From the NCBI GenBank assembly GCA_035710125.1, contig DASTDY010000039.1, forward strand, positions 6,848 through 70,847: a stretch of DNA of 64,000 bases. Direction: 5' to 3'. This document shows, one piece after another, positions 10,165 to 19,616 of the stretch. The DNA is from Candidatus Saccharimonadales bacterium. Lineage in GTDB: Bacteria; Patescibacteriota; Saccharimonadia; Saccharimonadales; EFPC-124. The position numbers and the translations under genes were made by a program. The notes under the pieces were generated by a model. That model worked only from the letters and a program-made list of their open reading frames with translations. It ran no database searches and was not told the DNA's origin. Each line of letters opens with the position of its first letter. The first letter of the stretch is position 1.

Positions 10165-11466
10165 CTAGCTAGAAAGATAGTGGTGTGAAAGTTGGCGGTA
10201 ATATTTAGTGGCCATGGCACCAAAGGTTACCACCAATCCAATTAAGCCGGTGATCGTAAAGACTAAGGCAATACCTCTGTCTGCCCCAGTGCCGAACCAA
10301 CCGCCAATTAGTTCTACGCCAGCGCCGGTAGCCATAAAAGGGATAAACACAAATTGCGTAATAGGCCCGATTAAAAATGCGGTAAGAGGTGAAGCCGCTT
10401 GTTCTATACTTTGGGCAAAGCCAAACACCCTACCTTGGCGTTCGCGCGGCACCACCTTTTGAAGGATTGTTTGCTCTGACGCCTCAATAAACGGTGCGAG
10501 GCACAAATATGCGAACATACCAATCATTAGCAGTACAATAGATGACTGTAACGTAAACACCGAACTAACCGCCCAACAGATGATATTCGCCACAAATAAT
10601 GTTCGGAGCGGGTTTTTACCCAGGCCTTTTTTACTAATAATCAGACCGCCCACAATAAATCCAAGACTTAGCACGCCCCAGATTAAACCCCACGCCTCTA
10701 CAGATACCAGCGATAGGCCGTAGGCATCCATGAGCGCCATAAATACTCCGCCCAAAAAATTGTTGAACGTAGTGAATAAAATAAGCGCAAGTAGACCAGG
10801 AACGCTTTTTACTACTAAGAACGTGCCTTTTAGGTCTATCTTTTTATGGTCTTCACCGGTATGAACGATACCCTTTTCTGGGATTGCTATCCACCAGATG
10901 TGGGCTATGGCCGCTGCAGTAACCACCAGGGCTAGAATAAGCACGTACCATAGTCCGGCCAGCCCTACCAAGAATCCGCTAATAACAGAGGTGACTAAGA
11001 ACGATACGCCAGAGGACGCGCCGATCAGTCCGTTAGCTTTGTCTCGCTTTTGCTCAGGGATAAGTATAGTAACGGTGGTAGGGAGCGCAATCATGCGTAT
11101 GTTGCCAGCCATTACTCCAGTCATTAGGCACAACACTAGTGCCCACAAGGTTACACTAGACGGCTCTTTAAACGTGTCGGGCGCTGCGGTAGAGTATATT
11201 GCTAAACTTATGGCGTAAAATACTAAAGATACTACGCTCGACCACATCATGACTGGTTTCTTTTTATAGTGGTCAACAATGCTGCCGAACCAAATGCCAG
11301 ATAGAGCAGTGGCGACTAAATACACGCCCGAAATCATTCCTGTTGCAAACACCGACTGCGTTTCAAGGTATACATAAAAGGTGATTGCAAACCACACTGT
11401 AAAGTTAATAACAGATACCGTTAAGGTATTGGCTAAAATATGGTAGAACGCGGCTAGATGAGTCAT
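10165..11466 (-). CDS. MFS transporter
   Basis: 433 aa, about 12 predicted TM helices, typical MFS layout. Confidence 0.8.
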   Translation of the reverse strand: MTHLAAFYHILANTLTVSVINFTVWFAITFYVYLETQSVFATGMISGVYLVATALSGIWFGSIVDHYKKKPVMMWSSVVSLVFYAISLAIYSTAAPDTFKEPSSVTLWALVLCLMTGVMAGNIRMIALPTTVTILIPEQKRDKANGLIGASSGVSFLVTSVISGFLVGLAGLWYVLILALVVTAAAIAHIWWIAIPEKGIVHTGEDHKKIDLKGTFLVVKSVPGLLALILFTTFNNFLGGVFMALMDAYGLSLVSVEAWGLIWGVLSLGFIVGGLIISKKGLGKNPLRTLFVANIICWAVSSVFTLQSSIVLLMIGMFAYLCLAPFIEASEQTILQKVVPRERQGRVFGFAQSIEQAASPLTAFLIGPITQFVFIPFMATGAGVELIGGWFGTGADRGIALVFTITGLIGLVVTFGAMATKYYRQLSHHYLSS

Positions 11467-11469
11467 GTA

Positions 11470-12186
11470 TTAAAATCGGCCAATGTCTATCCGTACAAAA
11501 ATTTCGGCGTACGTACAGCCACAGATCTCTCCACCCTGCGTGGCGAACTTTGTAGCCACAGATGTATCTAGGTTTTGGCTAGTGTGCGCCCGCAGTGCTT
11601 GTAACTTAGTGTCGAACATATCTGTAATATCTACGCCAAAGTTGTGCTGTGTAATATTTACCAGCAATACTGTGCTTACGTTATGGGGTTGCAGACCCTT
11701 TTTTAGTTGGTCTGGGAACGCCAAGTGGTCGCGAGCTAAAGGGTATACGGCATCTAATACCGCTTGTCCGGCAGCGCGGTGGTCGGGGTGGTTGATAAGC
11801 CCAAGCTCGGCCACGTATATGACTGTAGGGTCTAACGAAACTACTGTATCTGGTTTGAGATGTCGGATAAAGGCAACTATATCGTGCTTTAGGCGGGTGT
11901 TGTTTTCTAGCTCGCCATCTGGATAGGTCATAAAAAAGACTTTTTTAACACCTAAGATTTTAGCTGCTTCACGCTGTTCTTGCTGACGGGTTTTTATAAG
12001 TTCGTCCACATTGGTATGGGGGTCGTTACTGCCCTTGCTGCCATCTGTAAGTACTAGGTAATACACCTCACAGCCGGCTTTCGCCCATTGTGCAGCTGTG
12101 CCGCCAGCAAAAAAGTCCATGTCGTCGGCGTGCGCACCTATAAATAGGGCAGTTTTGGGGGAAAGTTCATGTGTATCTTGATCCAT
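11470..12186 (-). CDS. PIG-L / LmbE family deacetylase
   Basis: 238 aa. IGAHADDMDFFAGG and INHPDHRAAG zinc-binding motifs. Confidence 0.8.
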   Translation of the reverse strand: MDQDTHELSPKTALFIGAHADDMDFFAGGTAAQWAKAGCEVYYLVLTDGSKGSNDPHTNVDELIKTRQQEQREAAKILGVKKVFFMTYPDGELENNTRLKHDIVAFIRHLKPDTVVSLDPTVIYVAELGLINHPDHRAAGQAVLDAVYPLARDHLAFPDQLKKGLQPHNVSTVLLVNITQHNFGVDITDMFDTKLQALRAHTSQNLDTSVATKFATQGGEICGCTYAEIFVRIDIGRF

Positions 12187-12320
12187 TGATTCTATTCTAC
12201 TACTGTTTTGGGGTGTAATAAACTATTGATCTTTTTATAGTTTTAGTATATAATATATTTCAGCGTCAAGGTTTGAGATACAACCTCCCGCATGAACCTA
12301 CTACCCCGAGGGGATCGAAG

Positions 12321-12944
12321 ATGTCGATCAAGAAGGTTACTGCTCTGCTCGCACTGCTCGCCGGCCTCACCGCTTGCAGCAAGGTGAGCGGCATGGCCAC
12401 GCCGGCCTCGTCGTCTGCGGAAGCGCCCATGGTCACCACGACCACCAGCGCTCCGGCCACGTCGTCGTCGGTGCCGACCTCGACACCCAGCTCCACTCCG
12501 TCCACCACGGCGTCGTCGGTGAACCCGATGTACGACCTGGCAGACCCCAAGATCGTGCTGCCGGCTGCGATCATCGCTGAGCACACCCGCAACAACTCGA
12601 TCGGGCTGCTGGAGCCGACGTGCACCACCGAGGCCAAGGAGTACGACGAGCGGTCCTGCACGCACATGGGTCACACCGTGACCGTGGTGGTCACGACCTA
12701 CGTCGACCCCACGGGCGTGAAGTTCAACGATCTGATCCTGGAGGCCAAGAAGACCGGCGACTACATTCCGTTCGTGAACTTCATGGACGGCGCGGCGCAG
12801 GCATTCTTCTCCAAGGGGCAGAACCCCGAGTCGATCACGCTGTTCACCAAGAACGTGGTCGTCAAGATCGAGCTCAAGGGCTTCAAGATCACCATGGCCG
12901 CGCTCCAGGAACTGGCGCGCAACGTGGTGGCCAGACTGGCCTGA
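12321..12944 (+). CDS. Lipoprotein with Ser/Thr/Pro-rich linker (GC-rich cassette)
   Basis: ATG at 12321 is preceded by GAGGGGA. Lipobox LLAGLTAC, then a TTTSAPATSSSVPTSTPSSTPSTT linker. A sampled 60-nt stretch is 73 % GC. The 286-aa antisense ORF is an Arg/Gly-rich shadow. Confidence 0.7.
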   Translation: MSIKKVTALLALLAGLTACSKVSGMATPASSSAEAPMVTTTTSAPATSSSVPTSTPSSTPSTTASSVNPMYDLADPKIVLPAAIIAEHTRNNSIGLLEPTCTTEAKEYDERSCTHMGHTVTVVVTTYVDPTGVKFNDLILEAKKTGDYIPFVNFMDGAAQAFFSKGQNPESITLFTKNVVVKIELKGFKITMAALQELARNVVARLA

Positions 12945-12993
12945 GCACGTACAAGTAGTAGGCGAATCGTGTGGACACCGTAAGGTGAACGCC

Positions 12994-13022
12994 GGCCCCT
13001 TCCGCATTCCGCGGTCGGGGCC
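12994..13022 (+). terminator. GC-rich hairpin 3' of the lipoprotein cassette
   Basis: GGCCCC (12994-12999) pairs with GGGGCC (13017-13022), with an inner CCGC/GCGG pairing. Followed by ATTTGCTTTT. Confidence 0.4.
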
Positions 13023-13067
13023 ATTTGCTTTTATAGGGATATTTTTGGCTTGTATGTTGTGCTGTGC

Positions 13068-13101
13068 GGCCGTGTACCCAGGTTCTACTAGGTACACGGC
13101 C
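13068..13101 (-). terminator. Perfect 11-bp hairpin 3' of the 13112-13696 cassette
   Basis: GGCCGTGTACC (13068-13078) pairs with GGTACACGGCC (13091-13101). No U tract. Confidence 0.45.
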
Positions 13102-13111
13102 ATGCAGCGCG

Positions 13112-13696
13112 CTAAGCGCGCACGCGGCTCTGGCGCTGCATTTGCACAGGGCTTGGCAGGATGGCCAACATGTCGGTATGGCCGTGGGATTCAGAAACGT
13201 GGCCGCTGATCGACCCGTACACCTGCAGGCCGATCGCCGCGATGTCGTCGCCAGGACAACAAACGAGCGAGCCCGCCCTTAGCAGCAACGCGGCAATTCT
13301 GTTGATGTTGCTGCGGCGGAGCTTGCCCTGCACGGTCGTCTCAGCTTGAGTTAATAGCCAGCGTAGAGGGCCGTGCCTTTTGCAACAGCGGCCGTGCGCG
13401 TGGGTTTGGATGTACTGCGGGTTTGGTTTGGTGCGTTGGGTTGCAATGTGCCGGGAAAACTCGCAGGCGAACAACGTGTACGTCAACTTCAACTGGCTGC
13501 GAGTTAGGTTGGGTAGCACCGGCCCAAGCCTCTTGCGCGCTTTCCGCGCATACAAAATGCTCTCTGCGTGGTGTGGACTTGTGGCCGGAGCGGGTTGGAA
13601 GTTGGTGCGCTTCACAGTTGTTCGCGCGACATCAAGGAGCAACGTTTCTGCCAGGGCAGCCAACTGAGTCGGCACAGGCCCTTTACGGTTAGACAT
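13112..13696 (-). CDS. Hypothetical basic protein (GC-rich cassette)
   Basis: Internal ATG at 13696 (MSNRKGPVPTQLAAL...) chosen over the upstream start of the track ORF. The frame shows mostly G/C third positions, for example GDDIAAIGLQVYGSISGH. No domain recognised. Confidence 0.45.
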   Translation of the reverse strand: MSNRKGPVPTQLAALAETLLLDVARTTVKRTNFQPAPATSPHHAESILYARKARKRLGPVLPNLTRSQLKLTYTLFACEFSRHIATQRTKPNPQYIQTHAHGRCCKRHGPLRWLLTQAETTVQGKLRRSNINRIAALLLRAGSLVCCPGDDIAAIGLQVYGSISGHVSESHGHTDMLAILPSPVQMQRQSRVRA

Positions 13697-13810
13697 GGTA
13701 CCTACATTAAATCTAAAAATGGCAGGACTATGCAAATATATTGCAAAAAGAGTGTTTTTTGCACCAGCAATGTAGGCCATAAAAACAAAAATATATGAGA
13801 CAATACGTGC

Positions 13811-15283
13811 ATGAGTTTTTTTAACAGACTTTCAAAGTTTATTGGCGAATACGAAGCGGTCGCCTTTATCTCGGGCTTTGCCCTTATGGCGTATGAGTTA
13901 GTTGCGTCGCGCATTTTAGCGCCGGCAATCGGTAGTTCCATTTACGTGTGGACTAGTGTTATTGGGATTATGATTGCCGCACTTGCTATAGGTTATGCCG
14001 CGGGCGGCTGGCTGGCCGATAAGCGTGTTGCCACCCAAGACATTGCCTGGCTGCTCATTGCGAGCGCAGTTGCCATGGCAGGAACGTTGTTATTTTATGA
14101 ACCAATTCTTTTTATAATCGGCAGCTTCATACAAGACCAACGCCTCCAAGGGATTGTGGCGGCGATCACGCTGTTTATGCCGGCAAGTTTTTTGCTGGGT
14201 ATGATCAGTCCGTATTTAGCGCGGCTGCGAGTAAAATCGGTTACTACTACCGGTAGGTCGGTTGCGGGTTTGAGCGCGCTTAATTCGATCGGTGGCATTG
14301 CAGGTACATTTTGTGCAGGATTTATATTTTTTAGCCTGATTGGCTCGCGTGAGACGCTCATTTTATTGGTTGTGCTCTTGCTGTGTGCCAGCTGGCTGGT
14401 GGCGCCAGGCCACAGGGTGCAGTGGCGCGCGGCGGTTACCGCAAGCTTAGCTATAACGATTGTGCTGCAGTTTGCATCGCAGGCACATGCGCGGACAATC
14501 GCTACAATTGATACCCCTACTGCGCACTACAATGTGCAAGAAACACGGTACAACGGCCGGCCAGTGCGTGTGCTCACGACCGACCCTTATTCGTACCAAT
14601 CTGGTATTTATACTGATGGCTCTAAAGATATTGTGTTCGATTACGCCAAACGTATTGCCGAACTTACTAATGCCGCGCCGCGAAAAGATAAAATTGCAAT
14701 TTTAGGCGGTGGTGCGTTCACATTGCCAGAGGCGCTCGGCAAAGCATATCCGCAATCACAGATAGACGTGGTAGAGATTGACCCTCAGTTGCCTGAAATC
14801 TCTAAGAAGTATTTTAATTATGACCAACCGCCCAATGTCCGCGCTATTGGCCAAGATGCCCGGGTATTTTTACGCGAAGCCGCCGCAAACCAGTACGACC
14901 TCATTATTGTTGACGCTTACGGCTCTGATACGTCAATCCCATTTGCCCTCACGACACGCCAGTATGCAGCCGAGCTAAAGCGTGTTGCTAAGCCAGACGC
15001 AACAATGGTCATTAATATTGCCGCTGGCACGGCAAAATCGTGTGAGCCATTTTTAACCAGCGTCATGGGCTCGTATGCGGCAGCATTTGCAAACCTGCAG
15101 TTGTTTCCTGCTAACCATGAGTATAAGGGAGAGCGCCAAAACTTGATCGCAGTCGCCTCTAATGAGCGCCTTGATTGGGTGCAGCCATTCGGGCTGTTTA
15201 TGTCTATAGACCTTGCCAAGGCAGTTCCTTTAACAGACAATCACGCTCCCACCGAACCTTTAGCCCAACAGTGCCGCAAATAG
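13811..15283 (+). CDS. Membrane-fused spermidine/spermine synthase-like aminopropyl/methyltransferase
   Basis: 490 aa. About 7 N-terminal TM helices, then a Rossmann-type domain with ILGGGAFTLP, VVEIDPQL and DLIIVDAYGSD. Confidence 0.65.
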   Translation: MSFFNRLSKFIGEYEAVAFISGFALMAYELVASRILAPAIGSSIYVWTSVIGIMIAALAIGYAAGGWLADKRVATQDIAWLLIASAVAMAGTLLFYEPILFIIGSFIQDQRLQGIVAAITLFMPASFLLGMISPYLARLRVKSVTTTGRSVAGLSALNSIGGIAGTFCAGFIFFSLIGSRETLILLVVLLLCASWLVAPGHRVQWRAAVTASLAITIVLQFASQAHARTIATIDTPTAHYNVQETRYNGRPVRVLTTDPYSYQSGIYTDGSKDIVFDYAKRIAELTNAAPRKDKIAILGGGAFTLPEALGKAYPQSQIDVVEIDPQLPEISKKYFNYDQPPNVRAIGQDARVFLREAAANQYDLIIVDAYGSDTSIPFALTTRQYAAELKRVAKPDATMVINIAAGTAKSCEPFLTSVMGSYAAAFANLQLFPANHEYKGERQNLIAVASNERLDWVQPFGLFMSIDLAKAVPLTDNHAPTEPLAQQCRK

Positions 15284-15382
15284 CTTTACAAGTTACCGTA
15301 TTGCGCGGTTTAATAGAGCTAATGCCTAAAAAATATCGCCCTTTAAAGGTGGCGATTACTAACAATGGAGCGCAAAACCTGA

Positions 15383-16378
15383 ATGGAACCCCAAGCAGCC
15401 GTACCCACAGAGCCGACAGTGAAGCCACAACAAGAAGACACTGATATTTTTGCTTGGGCGAATAATTTGTTTTTATATAAAGAGCAGTTGCAGGTAGAAC
15501 TGTTCTTGCTGAACAAAAACAATATTATGTACAGAACGCGTTACGCTGAAGGCTTGCAGCGCCAGCTCCACGCCCTTTTTATAGATAGCATTTTAGAGTT
15601 TGTAATAACCGGCGCCGGCCAAGGCCTTGTGGTGCGCGGTTTTGAAGACGCCGAAAGTGAAGAAAACGTCTTGCAATACACCCAAGTAAAAAATGTAGAA
15701 AAGCTGGTAGATGCCATGAGCTGGCTTGGCGCCCAAGAACGCGAAATGGAGACATTTGTAGAAGAAGACCACGATCTTAAGCGTATTAAAGCTGTGGTCG
15801 CCCGTTGTGCCCACAAAGATTTGCCCCAGCCGTTTTATGTAATTAAGGCATTGTCGCAGGCGACGGTTTTAAAGTCGGTGGGTGCGTGGTCTATAACCGG
15901 CAGCAAGTTTGAGCCGCTCGACAACGGCGCAGCACTGCGGATCCCTGCCGATAACCAATTGCTTATTGTCAACGACGAGCTATTTGTATTTAACCAATCT
16001 AAGCTTGAGCGCCTATTTGGGTACAACGCCAAAAAGAACGCTATCGCCGAAAAGAAAGTACGGCAAATAGAAGCCAATTTTCAGCTCAGCTTTGCCGACG
16101 ACCAAACCTTGCAGTCTATGGTAAAAGAAAGTAAGACAACTATAAACAAACTGCAAAAATTAGATCCCAGCGCTGTAAAACAAGAAGACCTATTGAACCA
16201 TGCAGAAGAACTCGGCATAGAACTTATGCAAGACGAAGCCGGTGCCATAATTATTATGAATCCAGCCGACCTCAGTAAATTTGTAAACTTGTTGAACGAC
16301 GACTATGTGGAATCTAGCCTTACTGGTTTGCGCTATGAAATAAAAAGTAAAAAACTTCTAAAGCCGGTTGAAGAATAG
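15383..16378 (+). CDS. DUF4868 / KwaB-like protein (Kiwa defence component-like), solo
   Basis: 331 aa and soluble. Size and segments such as LLIVNDELFVFNQSKLERLFGY and the C-terminal NLLNDDYVESSLTGLRYEIKSKK match my memory of the DUF4868 family. Not verified by search. Confidence 0.45.
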   Translation: MEPQAAVPTEPTVKPQQEDTDIFAWANNLFLYKEQLQVELFLLNKNNIMYRTRYAEGLQRQLHALFIDSILEFVITGAGQGLVVRGFEDAESEENVLQYTQVKNVEKLVDAMSWLGAQEREMETFVEEDHDLKRIKAVVARCAHKDLPQPFYVIKALSQATVLKSVGAWSITGSKFEPLDNGAALRIPADNQLLIVNDELFVFNQSKLERLFGYNAKKNAIAEKKVRQIEANFQLSFADDQTLQSMVKESKTTINKLQKLDPSAVKQEDLLNHAEELGIELMQDEAGAIIIMNPADLSKFVNLLNDDYVESSLTGLRYEIKSKKLLKPVEE

Positions 16379-16430
16379 TTTTATAATAGGGCTACCTACG
16401 TAACAGTTTATATGGGTAAATGGAGGCGCG

Positions 16431-17171
16431 ATGACGCAGCTTGTTGGCATTCTAAACATTACACCCGATAGTTTTAGCGATGGCGGACAATTTTTTGCGC
16501 CAGCCGCCGCGATTGAACAGGCTAAAAAGCTGTTCAACGATGGTGCGGCGCTGGTAGATGTAGGCGCAGAAAGTACTCGCCCAGGGGCAACCGCTGTGTC
16601 GCCGCAAGAGGAATGGAGCCGTTTAAAAACGGTGCTTCCAGAGCTGGTCCGGTTGTTCCCAGGTAAAATATCGCTCGATACGCACCATCCCGAAACAGCC
16701 GAGAAGGCACTCCAACTGGGCGACGTAATCATTAACGACGTTACTGGCATGAATAACCCCGCCATGGTAGATGTGGTTGCGCGCCACAAGGCCCGCTGTA
16801 TTGTTAGCCATCTGCCAGGAGCAGACGTACAGGCTGCGCATGCCCAAAACCCAGTTGATTCGCAGCAGACTATAATCGATGACCTTACAAAAAAAGTAGA
16901 CCAGCTTACAAATAAAGGTGTTCCGGCAAGCAATATAATTGTAGATCCAGGTATTGGTTTTGGCAAAACACCCGAGCTTAACCAAAAATTGTTGCATTTT
17001 GCGGCGGCGATGCCAGGGTATAAAGTGATGGTCGGCTACTCGCGCAAGCGTTTTTTGGGCGAGCACCGTATGGATTTACAGCCAAACTTGGCCGCTGGCA
17101 AAATCGCAATCACATCTGGTGCGGCGTACATTCGCGTTCACGATGTGGCGGGCCACGCGCATTTGGTGTGA
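16431..17171 (+). CDS. folP: Dihydropteroate synthase
   Basis: 246 aa. GILNITPDSFSDGG and VDVGAESTRPGA motifs. Confidence 0.9.
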   Translation: MTQLVGILNITPDSFSDGGQFFAPAAAIEQAKKLFNDGAALVDVGAESTRPGATAVSPQEEWSRLKTVLPELVRLFPGKISLDTHHPETAEKALQLGDVIINDVTGMNNPAMVDVVARHKARCIVSHLPGADVQAAHAQNPVDSQQTIIDDLTKKVDQLTNKGVPASNIIVDPGIGFGKTPELNQKLLHFAAAMPGYKVMVGYSRKRFLGEHRMDLQPNLAAGKIAITSGAAYIRVHDVAGHAHLV

Positions 17172-17175
17172 GTAA

Positions 17176-17214
17176 CAAAAAACGGCTAGGTTAGTTGCCC
17201 TAGCCGGTTTTTTT
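17176..17214. terminator. Bidirectional intrinsic terminator between folP and the pilin gene
   Basis: CGGCTAGG (17183-17190) pairs with CCTAGCCG (17199-17206). An A-run lies upstream and TTTTTTT (17208-17214) downstream. Confidence 0.75.
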
Positions 17215-17224
17215 GGAGTTCAAG

Positions 17225-17692
17225 CTATTTAGTTACAGAGATAGTCTTGCCTTGCTCTGCCGAAGGTGCAGAAACAGTTACGCGGCCATTCGATGATTTA
17301 ATAATTCGGTACCCTGTGCCGTTGGTCGCACAACCGGTTGGGCACTGAGGGTCTTTAGGAATTGCAGTGATGTACTTTTCGTTGGTTGTGAGCGCAGAGA
17401 GGTCGGTCAGTCCAGTGCACGAGGCAGCGCCAGTTGCACAAATCTCGGTCGCAGTGGTGGTTGCCCCTGGAATTGCGCCATTGTTATCGAGTGAGTACTG
17501 GTACACAGCGTTCAAAATAGTAGAGACATCTGCTGAGCGCTGTGAGTTACGCGTGTCGCCGAGCTGCTTGCCCGGGTTGATGGCGATAATCACAATGCCT
17601 GCCAAAATGGCAATGACTGCCACAACCAGCAACACTTCCAGCAAAGTAAAACCTTTGTCTCCCTTAAGCTGCTTCTTAAATGCAAAACCCAT
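17225..17692 (-). CDS. Type IV pilin / pseudopilin
   Basis: ATG at 17692 after AAAGGGGA. Class III signal: [35 protein letters not shown] (prepilin cleavage and N-methylation motif). Confidence 0.85.
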   Translation of the reverse strand: MGFAFKKQLKGDKGFTLLEVLLVVAVIAILAGIVIIAINPGKQLGDTRNSQRSADVSTILNAVYQYSLDNNGAIPGATTTATEICATGAASCTGLTDLSALTTNEKYITAIPKDPQCPTGCATNGTGYRIIKSSNGRVTVSAPSAEQGKTISVTK

Positions 17693-17960
17693 ACTGTCCC
17701 CTTTTACTTTTATGAAGCATCGGCCACTTCTTGCCACGACATGACGCTTATGCTTGATGCGCTTATTGTAACATAAACCTTTACCTTCCTAACAATATGC
17801 AACGACCGAATAAACGCCTGCTGAGACCGACCTAGTCTAGTCGGACTGGTCGACACGGCAATGCTGGGAAAGTTAGAGGTAATAATTGGGTTGCGTGATA
17901 AAATAACAAACTTAATAAAAACACCTGGTTGCTTTGGCGGCTGTGGGATATACTTTTTTT

Positions 17961-18656
17961 ATGGAACCAATAAATTTACGCCATCGTTCGCCAGTACCTT
18001 TTATTATTTTAGGTCTAGTCATAGTAGGGCTTATAATTTGGTGCTTTGTGTTCAGGTATCCTTCGGGAGGATCTGGCTCCCCTGTTGCCACGGGCCCATG
18101 CATAGGCGGCGCCGCAAATACAGCGCCTGAGGGTTTTACTTTTTACGAGAACCCTGGGTTAGGATTTAAGTTTGCCTATCCGTCTAGCTGGGGCACGGTA
18201 AGTGTTGCAACTACACCTATGGGAGGGGTTGGTGGGCACTATTTAATGGGGATGTTCTCGGCTAACAGTAATGTTATATTCGGCGGTAACGCCACAGATT
18301 ACGTGGTGGCCGGCCGCGATGGAATCCCTACCGATAACCCAGGCTTTTTGCAGGCCAACAGCCTGTTTTATGCAGTGCAGTTATGGACTTTCCATCCTGG
18401 AACAGGCCCCGACGAGCCGCAAGAAGACCTCTACCCAATCAGTGAACCATCTACCCTTAAAAATGGCTGCAACACAAAAGCTTTAGTTACGTCTTACCCG
18501 TCGTCTGAGCTTATAGATTATTCGTACGACCTCGCCCGTATAAATTTACAGCCAACAAATTTGTATTACGGGGTAAACTTTGTGTTTAAAAACCCCGATG
18601 CCGCGCTGCGCACAGACGCAGACAAGCTCATTGGTACGTTCCAGCTAATTCCGTAA
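17961..18656 (+). CDS. Hypothetical N-terminally anchored / secreted protein
   Basis: MEPINLRHRSPVPFIILGLVIVGLIIWCFVF TM anchor followed by a beta-rich domain. The start is uncertain; the track ORF starts at a TTG at 17934. Confidence 0.55.
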   Translation: MEPINLRHRSPVPFIILGLVIVGLIIWCFVFRYPSGGSGSPVATGPCIGGAANTAPEGFTFYENPGLGFKFAYPSSWGTVSVATTPMGGVGGHYLMGMFSANSNVIFGGNATDYVVAGRDGIPTDNPGFLQANSLFYAVQLWTFHPGTGPDEPQEDLYPISEPSTLKNGCNTKALVTSYPSSELIDYSYDLARINLQPTNLYYGVNFVFKNPDAALRTDADKLIGTFQLIP

Positions 18657-18660
18657 ATAT

Positions 18661-18685
18661 GCAGAGCCCCCGGTTGGGGCTCTGC
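18661..18685. terminator. Perfect 10-bp GC hairpin between convergent genes
   Basis: GCAGAGCCCC (18661-18670) pairs with GGGGCTCTGC (18676-18685). No U tract. Confidence 0.5.
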
Positions 18686-18713
18686 GCGGGGCAAAGCTCC
18701 CTTCCGGGGGTGG

Positions 18714-19508
18714 TTACAACATGCCGTGCTCGGCAAGCTGGGCAACGACTGTTCTGTGGTAGTACTGCACGTCGTGGGTCACGCCTTCCAGGATGATGGC
18801 GTTTTCCATGTTGCGCGGGCGCTTGCGCAGTTCGGGGAACAGCTCGTCGCGCTCGGCGTACGCCGTGCGGACAGGCACCTTCTGGCGTGCGAGTTCGTCG
18901 GTCAGCGCGAGGTACACGTCGGTGCGGGTCAGCATCCAGCCTTCTGCGAGTGTCCGCGGCAGGTTTGATGCGTATTCGCGCAAACCAGGTCCGCGCAGGG
19001 CCATCACTGCCCGCACGTCTGTGTTGGGGTGGAACCTGGCCATGCGGAGGTCGTTGACCGCCTTGAACAGCACGCGTCCCACCAGCCGCAGACCCTCCTT
19101 GCGGAAACACGCCGGTGCGAGTGGGAACAGACTGCGTGGCACGTTAGGCAGGTACGCAGCTGCAGCGAGCATGCTTGCCGCAGCTCCGAACGAGTGGCCG
19201 TAAATGCGTACGTTGTACCCCTGCAACGACTGCCCCTCGACATCCTTTGGCGATGGGCGGGCGGCGCGGAAGGTCTGCACAGCCTTGCTGATCTCAGACG
19301 CGACGTGCCTCGCCTGCAGGTCCAGCGCCAACGGGAACGGTGAGGTGCGGCGGAGTGTTATGCAGTCGCCTCGCCGCAGCGACCCGATGTAGAACGTGGG
19401 GTTGCCGCTGACGTGCTCCATCAATTTGCAAAGCGGCTGGTGCGTGGCCTCGCCAGCACCGAAACCGCCAACTACAAAGTCAAGCGTGTTACCAGACAAC
19501 TGGTCCAC
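18714..19508 (-). CDS. Alpha/beta hydrolase (GC-rich cassette)
   Basis: 264 aa with a GTG start. Nucleophile elbow GHSFGAA. GC-rich with Arg-rich antisense shadows. Confidence 0.7.
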   Translation of the reverse strand: MDQLSGNTLDFVVGGFGAGEATHQPLCKLMEHVSGNPTFYIGSLRRGDCITLRRTSPFPLALDLQARHVASEISKAVQTFRAARPSPKDVEGQSLQGYNVRIYGHSFGAAASMLAAAAYLPNVPRSLFPLAPACFRKEGLRLVGRVLFKAVNDLRMARFHPNTDVRAVMALRGPGLREYASNLPRTLAEGWMLTRTDVYLALTDELARQKVPVRTAYAERDELFPELRKRPRNMENAIILEGVTHDVQYYHRTVVAQLAEHGML

Positions 19509-19616
19509 TCCCTTTCAGGTGCTATCTACGGATGTAGTCGATAATAATTTATACCATCTTTTATGTAAAAATAAAATAACCCGCTCAATAGAGGGGGTTA
19601 TTTTACAAGTAGCATG

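Noticed and set aside
12243-13103. 286-aa minus-strand ORF, plus several other long ORFs antisense to GC-rich genes (for example 9425-9973, 9467-9877, 18628-19110, 34425-35015, 37524-38027, 53341-53871, 54646-55116).
   Set aside because: Their translations are Arg/Gly/Pro/His-rich and low in complexity, which is typical of shadow frames in high-GC coding DNA. The opposite-strand ORFs have RBSs, lipoboxes or catalytic motifs.
13811-16378. Complete Kiwa (KwaA-KwaB) defence system.
   Set aside because: The upstream multi-TM protein carries a spermidine-synthase-like domain and does not resemble the small four-TM KwaA. Only the KwaB-like half is plausible, and that call is itself unverified.
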